Positions 28,028-37,264 of a stretch of DNA of 60,152 nt are shown here, piece after piece (the first letter of the stretch is position 1; each line of letters opens with the position of its first letter). Origin of the DNA: a virus (taxonomy: Duplodnaviria; Heunggongvirae; Uroviricota; Caudoviricetes). The stretch lies in IMG/VR virus record IMGVR_UViG_3300034355_001008. The stretch is one strand, 5' to 3'. Position numbers and translations under genes: made by a program. The notes beneath the pieces were generated by a model. That model saw only the letters and a program-made list of their open reading frames with translations, was not told the origin of the DNA and ran no database searches.

Positions 28028-28546
28028 TCACTCAACTTCAATAAATTCTGTAAAAGGTAAATTATGTAATTGTCCATGTAAAAAATAAAATTCTACATCT
28101 TCAACTAATACTTCAGACAATGGATATTCAGTTCGTTGCTCTTCAGTAATAAACTCATTTACATAAGCAATAAACTCAGGCGAATAGCCTTCAACATGAA
28201 TCAATTTAACAGATGGATTAGCGTGTTTATCTCCAACTGGAAATATTGTAGTCGCTACCAAATGTTTACGTTTATCTTTACGGTCATTTGTATTGTGTTG
28301 ATGACTAAACGCTACTGCTTGATTATGTTTTCTTGAATAAACCAAAAATTTAGATTGATCGCCATAATCATTGCTTTTTAAATGATCAACAGTTTTACGA
28401 AAAATATCTTTAACTGCATGTTTAACTGAATCATCATTATGGTGACGTGTATCTAATCTATCATAATAATGATTAGTTGTGATCAATTTTTTACCGCCAT
28501 AATTGTCAGCGACCAACTCGCTAATAAAATCTTTAAATTTTTTCAA
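28028..28546 (-). CDS. Hypothetical protein
   Basis: 172-aa ORF, TTG start with GGAG RBS. Confidence 0.6.
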   Translation of the reverse strand: MKKFKDFISELVADNYGGKKLITTNHYYDRLDTRHHNDDSVKHAVKDIFRKTVDHLKSNDYGDQSKFLVYSRKHNQAVAFSHQHNTNDRKDKRKHLVATTIFPVGDKHANPSVKLIHVEGYSPEFIAYVNEFITEEQRTEYPLSEVLVEDVEFYFLHGQLHNLPFTEFIEVE

Positions 28547-28608
28547 AACATTTCTCCAATAGTTTTATATATTATAATACTATTATTTATGAAAGTCAAG
28601 CACTTTAT

Positions 28609-28911
28609 TTATCTAATTCCCCAATTCTCTTCAAATGCTCCATCATCAGTCCAGTTATCTTCAATCTCACGAAGATGAATAAACTTGGGATTATACCAAA
28701 GCGCATCAATTGACTGTTTAGTTATCTCTTCAGTATCTTCAATAACTTTATAACTGGTATCCGGATAACGTTCCTGTAAATGATTAGCAACTGCGATTGC
28801 TGTTTCCACGTCAGGAAAATCTAACTGTAAATCTCCAATTGAACCCTTTCCTGTACAATAAAACCGATCATCAACAAAATTATCATCTGAACCAATAACT
28901 CTAATACTCAT
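28609..28911 (-). CDS. Hypothetical protein
   Basis: 100-aa ORF, GAGG RBS. Confidence 0.6.
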   Translation of the reverse strand: MSIRVIGSDDNFVDDRFYCTGKGSIGDLQLDFPDVETAIAVANHLQERYPDTSYKVIEDTEEITKQSIDALWYNPKFIHLREIEDNWTDDGAFEENWGIR

Positions 28912-28956
28912 ATATTCCTCTTTATCAATTGTTCGTTAACTTATAATTGAAGGCGA

Positions 28957-30048
28957 TTAATCGCCTCCTTTTAACAAGAATTTGTTAGAAATGCATTTAA
29001 AGTGAATTTGGGGGTTTGAAACGCATTTTAACACAACCCCCTCTCTTTCAACAATAGGATTAACTACAGATTTACCTTCAGCCATAGCCAATAATCCATC
29101 AATAGTTTGATCTCGCAAATTCATATAACCCAAAACAGGAACATGTTCTAATTCTAATTCTTTACACAATTCAATTCTATCGTTAGAATTTAAGTATTCG
29201 CCTTTGTTAATATCATAAATGCTGAAAACCCAAAATCTGTGTTCAGTTGAGCGATAATGATTTCCATTAATTCCAGTTCCGAATAATTCTCCTTGAATAG
29301 CAATATTTCTACCAAGTTTAGCTAATTTATTTCTAAGATCTAAAGAATTTGCCATAGCCCAAAACGAATTACCTTCAGTTTCTTTTAATTCTAAATTTCT
29401 AGAACACACACCAAATTTTTGAAGATAAGCTCCTTGTTCATCAGTAGAATCTTTAGCGTAGACGGTCATAGAAGAACCATCAATTTTTTCTGAAATTTCT
29501 ACTTCGTAATCATCAGAACCCGCCCATTTGTACAAAGATCTTGATAAATTTTGTACACGTTCTTCGTCAGTTTTTGGGATAAAGCTAGGGAAATTTCCTT
29601 TAGCCATGCCAGCTAACTGAGTTGACATTGGTGGTTCATATTTGTGAATGTTTAATAAATCTGAAACATCCATATCTTCCTCAATGATTACAGGAATAGT
29701 TTCTAAACGAATTCCTAACCCAGCAAGTACAGATTCAACACCATCATAAACTACATTAATTGGTAACAATAAACCTTGTGAAATTTGTTTACGCAAGCGA
29801 ACAGTTCTTAATCGTTCACCTTTAATATCATTGTATTCTCGTGGTTCTTTGCCTTCTTTGGTAAGGAATGGAGCAAGCTCAGTTGGGATAAACGAATCGA
29901 TCTCAAAGTAAACTGCTAATTGTCCGACAGAGAACTCTCCTTTTTTAACTACTACTTTCCAGCCACCGATAGTAGCAGTTTCAATTAAATCCGCGCCATC
30001 AATAGGTTCTAATGCATCAATTTTTCTAACAGTTGCTAATTTTCTCAT
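28957..30048 (-). CDS. RNA ligase, DRB0094/Rnl2-like family
   Basis: MRKLATVR start, FPSFIPKTDEERVQN, EKIDGSS, QGELFG, REGVV, FKCISNKFL. Confidence 0.9.
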   Translation of the reverse strand: MRKLATVRKIDALEPIDGADLIETATIGGWKVVVKKGEFSVGQLAVYFEIDSFIPTELAPFLTKEGKEPREYNDIKGERLRTVRLRKQISQGLLLPINVVYDGVESVLAGLGIRLETIPVIIEEDMDVSDLLNIHKYEPPMSTQLAGMAKGNFPSFIPKTDEERVQNLSRSLYKWAGSDDYEVEISEKIDGSSMTVYAKDSTDEQGAYLQKFGVCSRNLELKETEGNSFWAMANSLDLRNKLAKLGRNIAIQGELFGTGINGNHYRSTEHRFWVFSIYDINKGEYLNSNDRIELCKELELEHVPVLGYMNLRDQTIDGLLAMAEGKSVVNPIVEREGVVLKCVSNPQIHFKCISNKFLLKGGD

Positions 30049-30059
30049 AATATAATCTC

Positions 30060-30392
30060 CTAATCCATTCTCGAACGCCAAGTAATATTTAAATCGCTAC
30101 CAAGCATTGTTTTTATTGTTGCAGCAAATGCTTTGGCTGCTGCTTCATGTACTGACATGCTTTGAGTTGGTTGGTTTCCAGGCATCCAGATACTATATCC
30201 GCCACCATATTCGCTACCACCAATACCCATTTTTTTAAGGTATGAAACCAGTGGTCCACGCGCAGGTCTAATTAACACCCACCCAAAACCACAACAATCT
30301 CGCTCACCAACACGAGCATACTGTTCTCGACCAGCTGTCTCTGCTGCCGCAAAAGCAGCAGTAACAGCATTAGCAATTAAATCTTTATCCAT
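30060..30392 (-). CDS. Conserved phage protein
   Basis: CCGFGWVLIRPARG...QSMSVHEAAAKAFA; own early promoter. Confidence 0.65.
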   Translation of the reverse strand: MDKDLIANAVTAAFAAAETAGREQYARVGERDCCGFGWVLIRPARGPLVSYLKKMGIGGSEYGGGYSIWMPGNQPTQSMSVHEAAAKAFAATIKTMLGSDLNITWRSRMD

Positions 30393-30684
30393 AATCATCT
30401 CCAAATTTCAAGTATAACTTATTATACTAGACTCACTACACTATGTCAAGCACTTTATTTTAAATAATTTAAAATTTCTTCGCCATATTTTAAATAAAAA
30501 TTATATCCACCAAACGCAGAAAACGACAACAACGCTGTCCAGAATAAAAAATCTCCATATGCCCAAAAAAATCTACGAAATTTATAATGTATCACGTGAC
30601 ATATATATCCAACAGATACAGCAATAGAAATTATTACAACACTAGCAAAAAAGCACATTGAAAAATCTGCTATAAATTTCATAA

Positions 30685-30990
30685 TCAACCTTTGTATATT
30701 CGTGTAAAATCAAATCTTCGTTTTGCTGGACTTATTAATTTAAATCCGCGTTTTTTGCGCTTAATGTTAAATTTTCGTAATGGGATCGTGTTATAGTAAT
30801 GATAGAAATTAGGATCGAAATCCCCGCGCATATTATAAATCCGTTCCCAAATCTGATGACCTAACCACCAACGTCTACCAATTAAATCTTCAATTTTTCT
30901 GATTTTACCAGAATTTTGCTTTCTTAAATGCATTTCCAATTTCCTTCCCGACATGATTTGCGGCATCTTGTGCTGCTTGAGCTGCTTCAT
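30685..30990 (-). CDS. Basic hypothetical protein
   Basis: ORF track; overlaps 3' end of 30905..31858, true start probably internal. Confidence 0.45.
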   Translation of the reverse strand: MKQLKQHKMPQIMSGRKLEMHLRKQNSGKIRKIEDLIGRRWWLGHQIWERIYNMRGDFDPNFYHYYNTIPLRKFNIKRKKRGFKLISPAKRRFDFTRIYKG

Positions 30991-31858
30991 TAGCTAATCT
31001 TTGTGCATCTACAGCAGCACGTTGCGTTTCTTGAGCAACGCGATTTGCTTCATCTTGTGTACGTCTTGCTGCATCTTCAGCTGCTTGAGCTGCTTCATTA
31101 GCTAATCTCTGAGTTTCTTGGGCAGTTTCTTCTGCGATACGTTGCGTTTCCTCAGCAGCTGTTCTCGCTGCATCTTCAGCTGCTTGAGCTTGTTCTTTTG
31201 CTAATCTTTCTGTTTCTGCAGCTACATTATTTGCTACGTCAATAACAGGAGTAACATCAACAGAAACGCTACCGCTCAAATCAACACCGACTAATAAATC
31301 TAATTCGCCTTCTACTCCCAACGTAATGGTGTTATCATTAAACGTTGCTCCGCCACCAATTTCTGCCCCAGCTTGAAGACCAATACTAACTCCAGCAGTT
31401 CCTTCAGCAGAAACTCCATGGCTAGAAACTTCTGCTCCCACTTCAACTCCAGTGCTTGCTCCGACCGATGCTTCAGCATGCCCCTCAGCTCCATGCAAAC
31501 CAACAGAACCATCCACCTCTACTCCAGCATGTGCCTCAGCATATACGTCTACGCTAACTTCTGCATTAACATCATCATTACCAACAGATGCGCTTGCTCC
31601 TGCTTCAACTTCTACTGCAACACCTGCTTCTGCGCTACCAACTACATCAGTTCCAGTCCAACCAATTTCTACTCCTGCGCTTGCATCAATAGTAACAGAT
31701 GCATGAGATTCTTCCGATAAATCAACACCATCAATAGTAATTGATTCTGATTGATTTGCTTCTGCGCCAATTTCAACCGTTACTTCTGCGCTTGCTGATG
31801 AATCAGTTACTTCTGTTTCTGCTGTAGTATCTACAGTTGTTTTTGCATTTTTTGCCAT
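30905..31858 (-). CDS. Ala/Gly/Val-rich protein with C-terminal coiled coil
   Basis: Acidic GAEAGV-type repeats then AAQAAEDAAR repeats. Confidence 0.75.
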   Translation of the reverse strand: MAKNAKTTVDTTAETEVTDSSASAEVTVEIGAEANQSESITIDGVDLSEESHASVTIDASAGVEIGWTGTDVVGSAEAGVAVEVEAGASASVGNDDVNAEVSVDVYAEAHAGVEVDGSVGLHGAEGHAEASVGASTGVEVGAEVSSHGVSAEGTAGVSIGLQAGAEIGGGATFNDNTITLGVEGELDLLVGVDLSGSVSVDVTPVIDVANNVAAETERLAKEQAQAAEDAARTAAEETQRIAEETAQETQRLANEAAQAAEDAARRTQDEANRVAQETQRAAVDAQRLANEAAQAAQDAANHVGKEIGNAFKKAKFW

Positions 31859-31876
31859 TCCATGACTCCTAATATT

Positions 31877-32191
31877 TTATTTTCCTGACTGTTTGTCTAA
31901 GCACGGTTTTATTCGCAAATAAATTTTACGGTGCTCCTCGTATATAGCTAATGCCAATGCTGTCTTTGTAGGATCCAATGTATATTCTATTGGAACCGTT
32001 TTATGTGCTGTTAAATATTCTTTTTCTTTAGGAGTAGTACATGCATCCATTCTTGTTTGCCATATTTGCGACCACGATTTAGGTTTTAGCGTTTGAACGC
32101 ATGTTTTTTCTGGATGTTTAACTGGAACAGGAGGTTTTTCTTTAGCTAAAACTAATCCAGGAATTAACAATAACAATAATAATTTTTTCAT
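31877..32191 (-). CDS. Secreted hypothetical protein
   Basis: MKKLLLLLL signal peptide; three cysteines. Confidence 0.65.
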   Translation of the reverse strand: MKKLLLLLLIPGLVLAKEKPPVPVKHPEKTCVQTLKPKSWSQIWQTRMDACTTPKEKEYLTAHKTVPIEYTLDPTKTALALAIYEEHRKIYLRIKPCLDKQSGK

Positions 32192-32193
32192 AT

Positions 32194-32757
32194 TTATCCT
32201 TTTGCATATTCAGTCATTACTCTATCAACATAAACAATAGTTTCAGGATAAGGCGGAATAGAATTATTGTGTCGTTGCACTGCATGTTCGCCTGCATTAT
32301 ATCCAGCAACTGCCAATTTTTTATCTTTAAATGTATCCATTAAAAATCTAAGGAATCTAACTCCACCTTCAATATTTTGTTTGGCATTTTTTCTATCTTC
32401 AACGCCAAATCTTTCTGCAGTAGCTGGCATTAATTGCATTAAACCAACTGCGCCTTTATTGCTAACTGCTTCAGTTCTATATGTACTTTCGGCTTTAATA
32501 ATCGCATGAACTAATTTTTCGTCAACGCTATATTTAATACAAGCATTATGAACCCAACGATTAATGTCTTGTTTAGTAGGTTCTTTTGGTATTTGATTAA
32601 TCGCTATAGTAACAATCGGTTGATTATTAACCAATGCAACTTTTTTTTCTACTTGAACTTTATGTCGAGTAAAATGTGTATGTCCTTGCGCATCTGTAGA
32701 TATTTGTACAAACGCAGGAGTAATAAACAGCGATGATACTATTAACGTTTTAATCAT
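32194..32757 (-). CDS. Lytic transglycosylase (SLT/GH23)
   Basis: AIIKAES, GAVGLMQLMPATA, NIEGG, AGYNAG. Confidence 0.92.
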   Translation of the reverse strand: MIKTLIVSSLFITPAFVQISTDAQGHTHFTRHKVQVEKKVALVNNQPIVTIAINQIPKEPTKQDINRWVHNACIKYSVDEKLVHAIIKAESTYRTEAVSNKGAVGLMQLMPATAERFGVEDRKNAKQNIEGGVRFLRFLMDTFKDKKLAVAGYNAGEHAVQRHNNSIPPYPETIVYVDRVMTEYAKG

Positions 32758-32964
32758 AATAAATTATCCAAAAATATTTTTAACAATAGTCCAATCGAAA
32801 ACTGGTTGATTAATTGCATCTAATTGATTTGCAGATACAAATTGCGCACTTAAAATAATTTCCATAATAATCTCCTCAAAGTTTTAACGTATAATTTATT
32901 ATAATCTATCTGAATAAATAAAGCAAGCACTTTTTTAATAAATATTCGTAAACAGGGAGAAATA

Positions 32965-33291
32965 ATGGAAACGCCAAAAAACGCTTTAATTGAAAAACTA
33001 ACATTTGCTATATTACCATTTTTATTCAGCGGGCTGGTTTATTTAATGAGCGCATTAACCGATGTTAGAGAAAATATCAACACGCTAGAAAATAAAATAT
33101 CAGTTGTTGTTACTCCTGAAAATGCACCTAGACTTAATGCAGTATCAGAACTCGCAAGAGAAAAGTTGCGGCAAGATTTTATGGAAGAACATAATGAAAG
33201 TGAAATTAAACGCACGGAATTGGTTGGTTCTATTGAATTATTAAAATGGCGAATACAACATTTGGAGGAAAAAAATGGCAGGAACAAGTAG
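32965..33291 (+). CDS. Membrane-anchored coiled-coil protein
   Basis: N-terminal TM plus coiled coil; overlaps holin-like gene. Confidence 0.65.
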   Translation: METPKNALIEKLTFAILPFLFSGLVYLMSALTDVRENINTLENKISVVVTPENAPRLNAVSELAREKLRQDFMEEHNESEIKRTELVGSIELLKWRIQHLEEKNGRNK

Positions 33292-33541
33292 TACAGGATT
33301 AAATACTGGTTGGAGAACGTGGTTAGCATATTCATATGTTATAATATGTATGTTTGATTTTTGCGTTGGACCAATTATATTTAATTTTTTACAATATTAT
33401 AATCCAGGGCAGGATGTTACTGCTTGGACAGCAGTAACATTGCAGGGCGGTGGATTGTATCACCTTAGTATGGGTGCAATTTTAGGTATTTCTGCTCATG
33501 GTAAAACTCAAGAGCGAATATCTACGAATAAAACTGACTAA
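33275..33541 (+). CDS. Holin-like membrane protein
   Basis: WR.WLAYSYVIICMFDF...TLQGGGLYHLSMGAILG...RI pattern of a family usually annotated as 3-TM holin. Confidence 0.65.
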   Translation: MAGTSSTGLNTGWRTWLAYSYVIICMFDFCVGPIIFNFLQYYNPGQDVTAWTAVTLQGGGLYHLSMGAILGISAHGKTQERISTNKTD

Positions 33542-33546
33542 AAAAT

Positions 33547-33567
33547 AAAGGCTCGGTAAGAGCCTTT
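33547..33567. terminator. Bidirectional terminator
   Basis: AAAGGCTC-GGTAA-GAGCCTTT between convergent genes. Confidence 0.8.
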
Positions 33568-33570
33568 TTA

Positions 33571-34305
33571 TTAATCCAATTTCTCCAAATTTTTAATATA
33601 ATTTCCAATTTCATGATTGACGAAAAAGTTAATTTTTCCTTTTTTAATACCAGTCCAAAATCCTTTTACTCTATCTTTTGTAGTTTGCCACCAATTTAAA
33701 ACCGATAAATTACCATTATGATCAAAATAATGTAATTGTCCATGATGTGTGTATCTACCTATCGGATTTCGTGTAACGATATCTTCGTTATTTACCCAAC
33801 GATAATGTTGAATATCTAATCCTTGCATAAACCCAACATATTCTCCATTACCAACTTTCGGACTTCCGAATGTAAATAATACTGGATTTTTAATTCCTTC
33901 AGTTCTACAACAACGAGTAGTAATTAATGTTGCCATTGCTGCACCAAGGCTATGACCAGTACACCAAACTCTACGGTTGGATCCATATTTTTTAATTAAT
34001 TTAGCGAGGTCATCCCAAATAAGATCTACGCTGTGTTTAAATCCTCTATGCACCAATCCAACTTTACAGCTAGAAGGTACTAAAGCAAATTTAACATCAG
34101 CGGCTATATCAGAAAATTGCGTTGGTTGTGTTCCACGGCATACAATAATAATATCATCTTTATCATAAAGGAAATAAACCTGCGTTCCTTCTTTATCTAA
34201 GAATTTACTATCGTATCCATCAAATGATACGTTATCTGTATATGCAAGGCTACTTAATTTCGCCATTAATAATGACTGTTTGTTGATAGTTAAATCTGAA
34301 ATCAT
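33571..34305 (-). CDS. Lipase class 3
   Basis: VCRGT, VHRGF, TGHSLGAAMA nucleophile elbow, TFGSPKVG, NEDIV. Confidence 0.92.
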   Translation of the reverse strand: MISDLTINKQSLLMAKLSSLAYTDNVSFDGYDSKFLDKEGTQVYFLYDKDDIIIVCRGTQPTQFSDIAADVKFALVPSSCKVGLVHRGFKHSVDLIWDDLAKLIKKYGSNRRVWCTGHSLGAAMATLITTRCCRTEGIKNPVLFTFGSPKVGNGEYVGFMQGLDIQHYRWVNNEDIVTRNPIGRYTHHGQLHYFDHNGNLSVLNWWQTTKDRVKGFWTGIKKGKINFFVNHEIGNYIKNLEKLD

Positions 34306-34309
34306 TGTA

Positions 34310-34349
34310 TACTCCTATTTACAAGTGGGTTAAACCGTATTTAGGAGTA
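34310..34349 (-). promoter_or_regulatory. RBS-sequestering hairpin overlapping late promoter CTAAATA
   Basis: TACTCCTA (34349-34342) pairs with TAGGAGTA (34317-34310); CTAAATA at 34344-34338. Confidence 0.65.
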
Positions 34350-34361
34350 AATACTATTTTG

Positions 34362-34697
34362 TTAATCTACTACTTTTTGATATACATTTTCAATTGTTGC
34401 AGAAACAATATCTCTAATACAATGATCGCTATAATCGCACATTCCTTTTGGCCAATCGTCTATTTTAAAATCATAAGTAAATTTAACTTCTTTATCGTCA
34501 AACATTAATTTGAACGCATCAATAGGCAATACATTATTAATTAATGCTAATCTAAATTCTTGTAAAATTAATTCTTGACCGAAAATTAACTTAATATCTT
34601 TAGTTTTATTTAAACGAATAAATTCTGTCACAAATGGCTTTACCATTCCTTCAGGTAAAGCCATACCATTTAGCGCATCATATTCAAGAGTAATCAT
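34362..34697 (-). CDS. Hypothetical protein
   Basis: 111-aa ORF, coupled. Confidence 0.6.
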   Translation of the reverse strand: MITLEYDALNGMALPEGMVKPFVTEFIRLNKTKDIKLIFGQELILQEFRLALINNVLPIDAFKLMFDDKEVKFTYDFKIDDWPKGMCDYSDHCIRDIVSATIENVYQKVVD

Positions 34698-34897
34698 TCT
34701 GCATCTTCTGCGTCAATAAGTTCTTCCATTACATCTTCAATACGCCTAACCATAGCCTGCGCGAAAATAGTTCCAGCAGGACCAATAGCGACAGAAATCC
34801 CACCATATAACACCCAACCTTCTTCGCACCAACTATTAACTCGTTCAATAATTTCAGTTTCCCAACGACCTGTTACTACTTTATATGTTTCTACCAT
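34694..34897 (-). CDS. DUF1737-like protein
   Basis: YKVV...VN...EGWVLYGG...FAQAMV. Confidence 0.65.
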   Translation of the reverse strand: MVETYKVVTGRWETEIIERVNSWCEEGWVLYGGISVAIGPAGTIFAQAMVRRIEDVMEELIDAEDAE

Positions 34898-34898
34898 T

Positions 34899-35900
34899 TT
34901 ATATTCCTAAATTTTCCGCGTTAATACTATTTTTATAACCTAAAGCGAAAACTATTTCGCCCGTTTTTGCATTTTCGTTAATTTTTTTGGTTAAATAATT
35001 AACTCCAGAAAAATCCGCATATTCTTGTAAAGTTCTTATTTTGCCAATACCATATATACCTAAATCTTCTCCAGTTACAATAGAAGTTAATCTTTTTTTA
35101 GATTCAACATCATGTTCCCACCATTTAACGGAACGAACGTTTTCTAATTCAGTATCACCCCAAAGCGTCAATCTATGATCTTCTGCTGTATTATATAAAT
35201 GATAAATTGGAATATCGGTATGAAAAATATTATACCCATTAGTCCATAACCTTAATGCCCAAGAATGTTCTTCTCCACAGAAAAATAAAAAAGGATCGTA
35301 AGGAACTTCTTCAATTATTTTCCCTGAAGAAAATAAAAAATGCCCGCTTACCATAAACCCATGTATAAAATTTCCTTTATCATTAATTACATGACATCGC
35401 ACCCCAACATACATATCCGAATCAGATGAAAATGCATTTTTTTCATCAACAACCAATCCCAAACATCCATCAATATCATGCTTAATAATAGATGTTGTAT
35501 TATCAGTTTTTTCTATAGAATAACGAAGTAAATACATAGTAATTATAGGTTTTTCGTGATATTTTTTCAATTCATTATATTTTTCAATAAGAATTGTATC
35601 CCAATCTCCCCCAAATTTCATATGCGAATCTATTTGTAAATAATATTCTTCCCCTTTCCATAAAGATTGAGCTATATATCTTGGCCAACATGGTCCTCTT
35701 GCATAAACAGGATCGATGCGAATATATCTAATTTGATTTTTAAATTCTATTAAATCAATATTAATGGCATTTTCTACAGTTTCCTGTTCAACAATACCAA
35801 AAATTAAATTTTCTTTATTATGCGCATTTTCATAAGCACTGTTTATTGTATCAAGTAATAATGGATCTCTATATGATGCAATATTAATAAAAATTTTCAT
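34899..35900 (-). CDS. GT-A glycosyltransferase (GT60 / GlcNAc-transferase-like)
   Basis: IFINIASYRD, ARGPCWPR, YYLQIDSHMKF, EVPYDP.LFF.GEE, RLWTNGY. Confidence 0.85.
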   Translation of the reverse strand: MKIFINIASYRDPLLLDTINSAYENAHNKENLIFGIVEQETVENAINIDLIEFKNQIRYIRIDPVYARGPCWPRYIAQSLWKGEEYYLQIDSHMKFGGDWDTILIEKYNELKKYHEKPIITMYLLRYSIEKTDNTTSIIKHDIDGCLGLVVDEKNAFSSDSDMYVGVRCHVINDKGNFIHGFMVSGHFLFSSGKIIEEVPYDPFLFFCGEEHSWALRLWTNGYNIFHTDIPIYHLYNTAEDHRLTLWGDTELENVRSVKWWEHDVESKKRLTSIVTGEDLGIYGIGKIRTLQEYADFSGVNYLTKKINENAKTGEIVFALGYKNSINAENLGI

Positions 35901-35923
35901 GCTATTCCTATTTTTTGTGTGTG

Positions 35924-36292
35924 TTAAACTAACTCCCAATGGTCGCTATGTTGTTTGGATTTAAGGTAATCCGGAATCAACGGTGTATCTTTAAAATCCC
36001 ACCATTCGCTACCATCATATTCTGATCGTTCTAACCAACAATTATCTTGTAACCAAACATATCCAAATACTTGTTGACGACCATAACCATTATTATAATC
36101 AAAATCTAATTTATCTAAAAATTTAGCTAACTGTTCTCCGGTATAACCAATCGGCAATCTAAAATGAACTTCTGATCCATAATCGGGTTCATATGTAATA
36201 TCAGCACATAGGATAATAGAATTAAAATTATCTTTTAAATCTTTAATTAATTCTTTTTTTGCATTTTTCATAATATAACCCCTAAACAACAA
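35924..36292 (-). CDS. Conserved phage protein
   Basis: GYGRQQVFG...WLERSEYDGSEWW. Confidence 0.65.
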   Translation of the reverse strand: MLFRGYIMKNAKKELIKDLKDNFNSIILCADITYEPDYGSEVHFRLPIGYTGEQLAKFLDKLDFDYNNGYGRQQVFGYVWLQDNCWLERSEYDGSEWWDFKDTPLIPDYLKSKQHSDHWELV

Positions 36293-36548
36293 TCAAGTAA
36301 AGTAGCACAGATTGAGATAAAAATCCAATGCTATTTGAAATAATATACAACATATCTTTTTGAATAATCGCGCGAATTAAAAACAAAAATAATCCGCTCC
36401 AAATTAACAATACCATACTTAATGGAGGCATCGCTACGGTTGGATCAAAAATTTTATTAATGATTGTAGGTAAAGTAGCTGATTGAATCAACACCATACC
36501 AATCCAACCAGAAATATCTCCTAACCGTTTAATCGGTTTTTTAGTCAT
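36282..36548 (-). CDS. PQ-loop/SemiSWEET-like membrane protein
   Basis: Three TM helices, GWIG...LP motif. Confidence 0.5.
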   Translation of the reverse strand: MTKKPIKRLGDISGWIGMVLIQSATLPTIINKIFDPTVAMPPLSMVLLIWSGLFLFLIRAIIQKDMLYIISNSIGFLSQSVLLYLIVV

Positions 36549-36622
36549 AGTTTTCCTTATTAGTTAGTATATAACCATTATACCGGATTCTGATAAGGAA
36601 AACAAGCACTTTTAAATTTATT

Positions 36623-37090
36623 TTACCAACTAGATTGATAAGTGAAACGCCAGCGTTTCCATAAAGATTCATCAGATTCGGTAATTAATGGTTCTAATTT
36701 TTCTATAGTTTGCTCAAGAATCTCAAAATACCAATCATCGTATTCAGTTGTTCCAAAAAAGAATCCACCCGCTGTAGGAAGTAAATCCTCTGCAGAGGAT
36801 CGATCCGCTAATACCTCTTTACAAGTATCATATAACTGTTTTAATTTCCTTTTGTCAATCTCATACTCTTTACAATCATCAATACCATCCTGAACATATT
36901 GTACGAACCAGTTGTGAATTGCATTGGCTTTTCGCCAATAGGCTGCTTCAACTTGGATTTTTTGAATTCTTACGCCTTGTGGAAGTAAACGTTTAACTGC
37001 ATCGCTGTTGATATTTTTATCGAATTCTTGGTCAACTTCGCTATATTCAGAAATATAACGGTTACCACTCAAATAACAATCAAGACCCAT
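36623..37090 (-). CDS. Conserved phage protein
   Basis: MGLD...YWRKANAIHNWF...GFFFG...YQSSW. Confidence 0.75.
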   Translation of the reverse strand: MGLDCYLSGNRYISEYSEVDQEFDKNINSDAVKRLLPQGVRIQKIQVEAAYWRKANAIHNWFVQYVQDGIDDCKEYEIDKRKLKQLYDTCKEVLADRSSAEDLLPTAGGFFFGTTEYDDWYFEILEQTIEKLEPLITESDESLWKRWRFTYQSSW

Positions 37091-37122
37091 TTTCTCACTC
37101 CTAATTATAATAAAAAAATAAA

Positions 37123-37264
37123 GATAGTTGTCGGTACTGAATTCCGACTTTCCTTTGTGATCCAGTTGAGCTACACTGCGACTACTGTTATGAAGTGCTC
37201 ACTTCACCCTAATCAACACACAAAGACTTATAGGTTCAGCGTATCAGCCTACGCATTAACTATC
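37123..37264 (-). ncRNA. tRNA-like structured ncRNA with expanded central domain
   Basis: 7-bp GATAGTT/AACTATC closing stem, GCGTA/TACGC arm, stacked GTCGG/CCGAC arm, internal CTTTGTG/CACAAAG and TGAAGT/ACTTCA stems. Confidence 0.65.
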
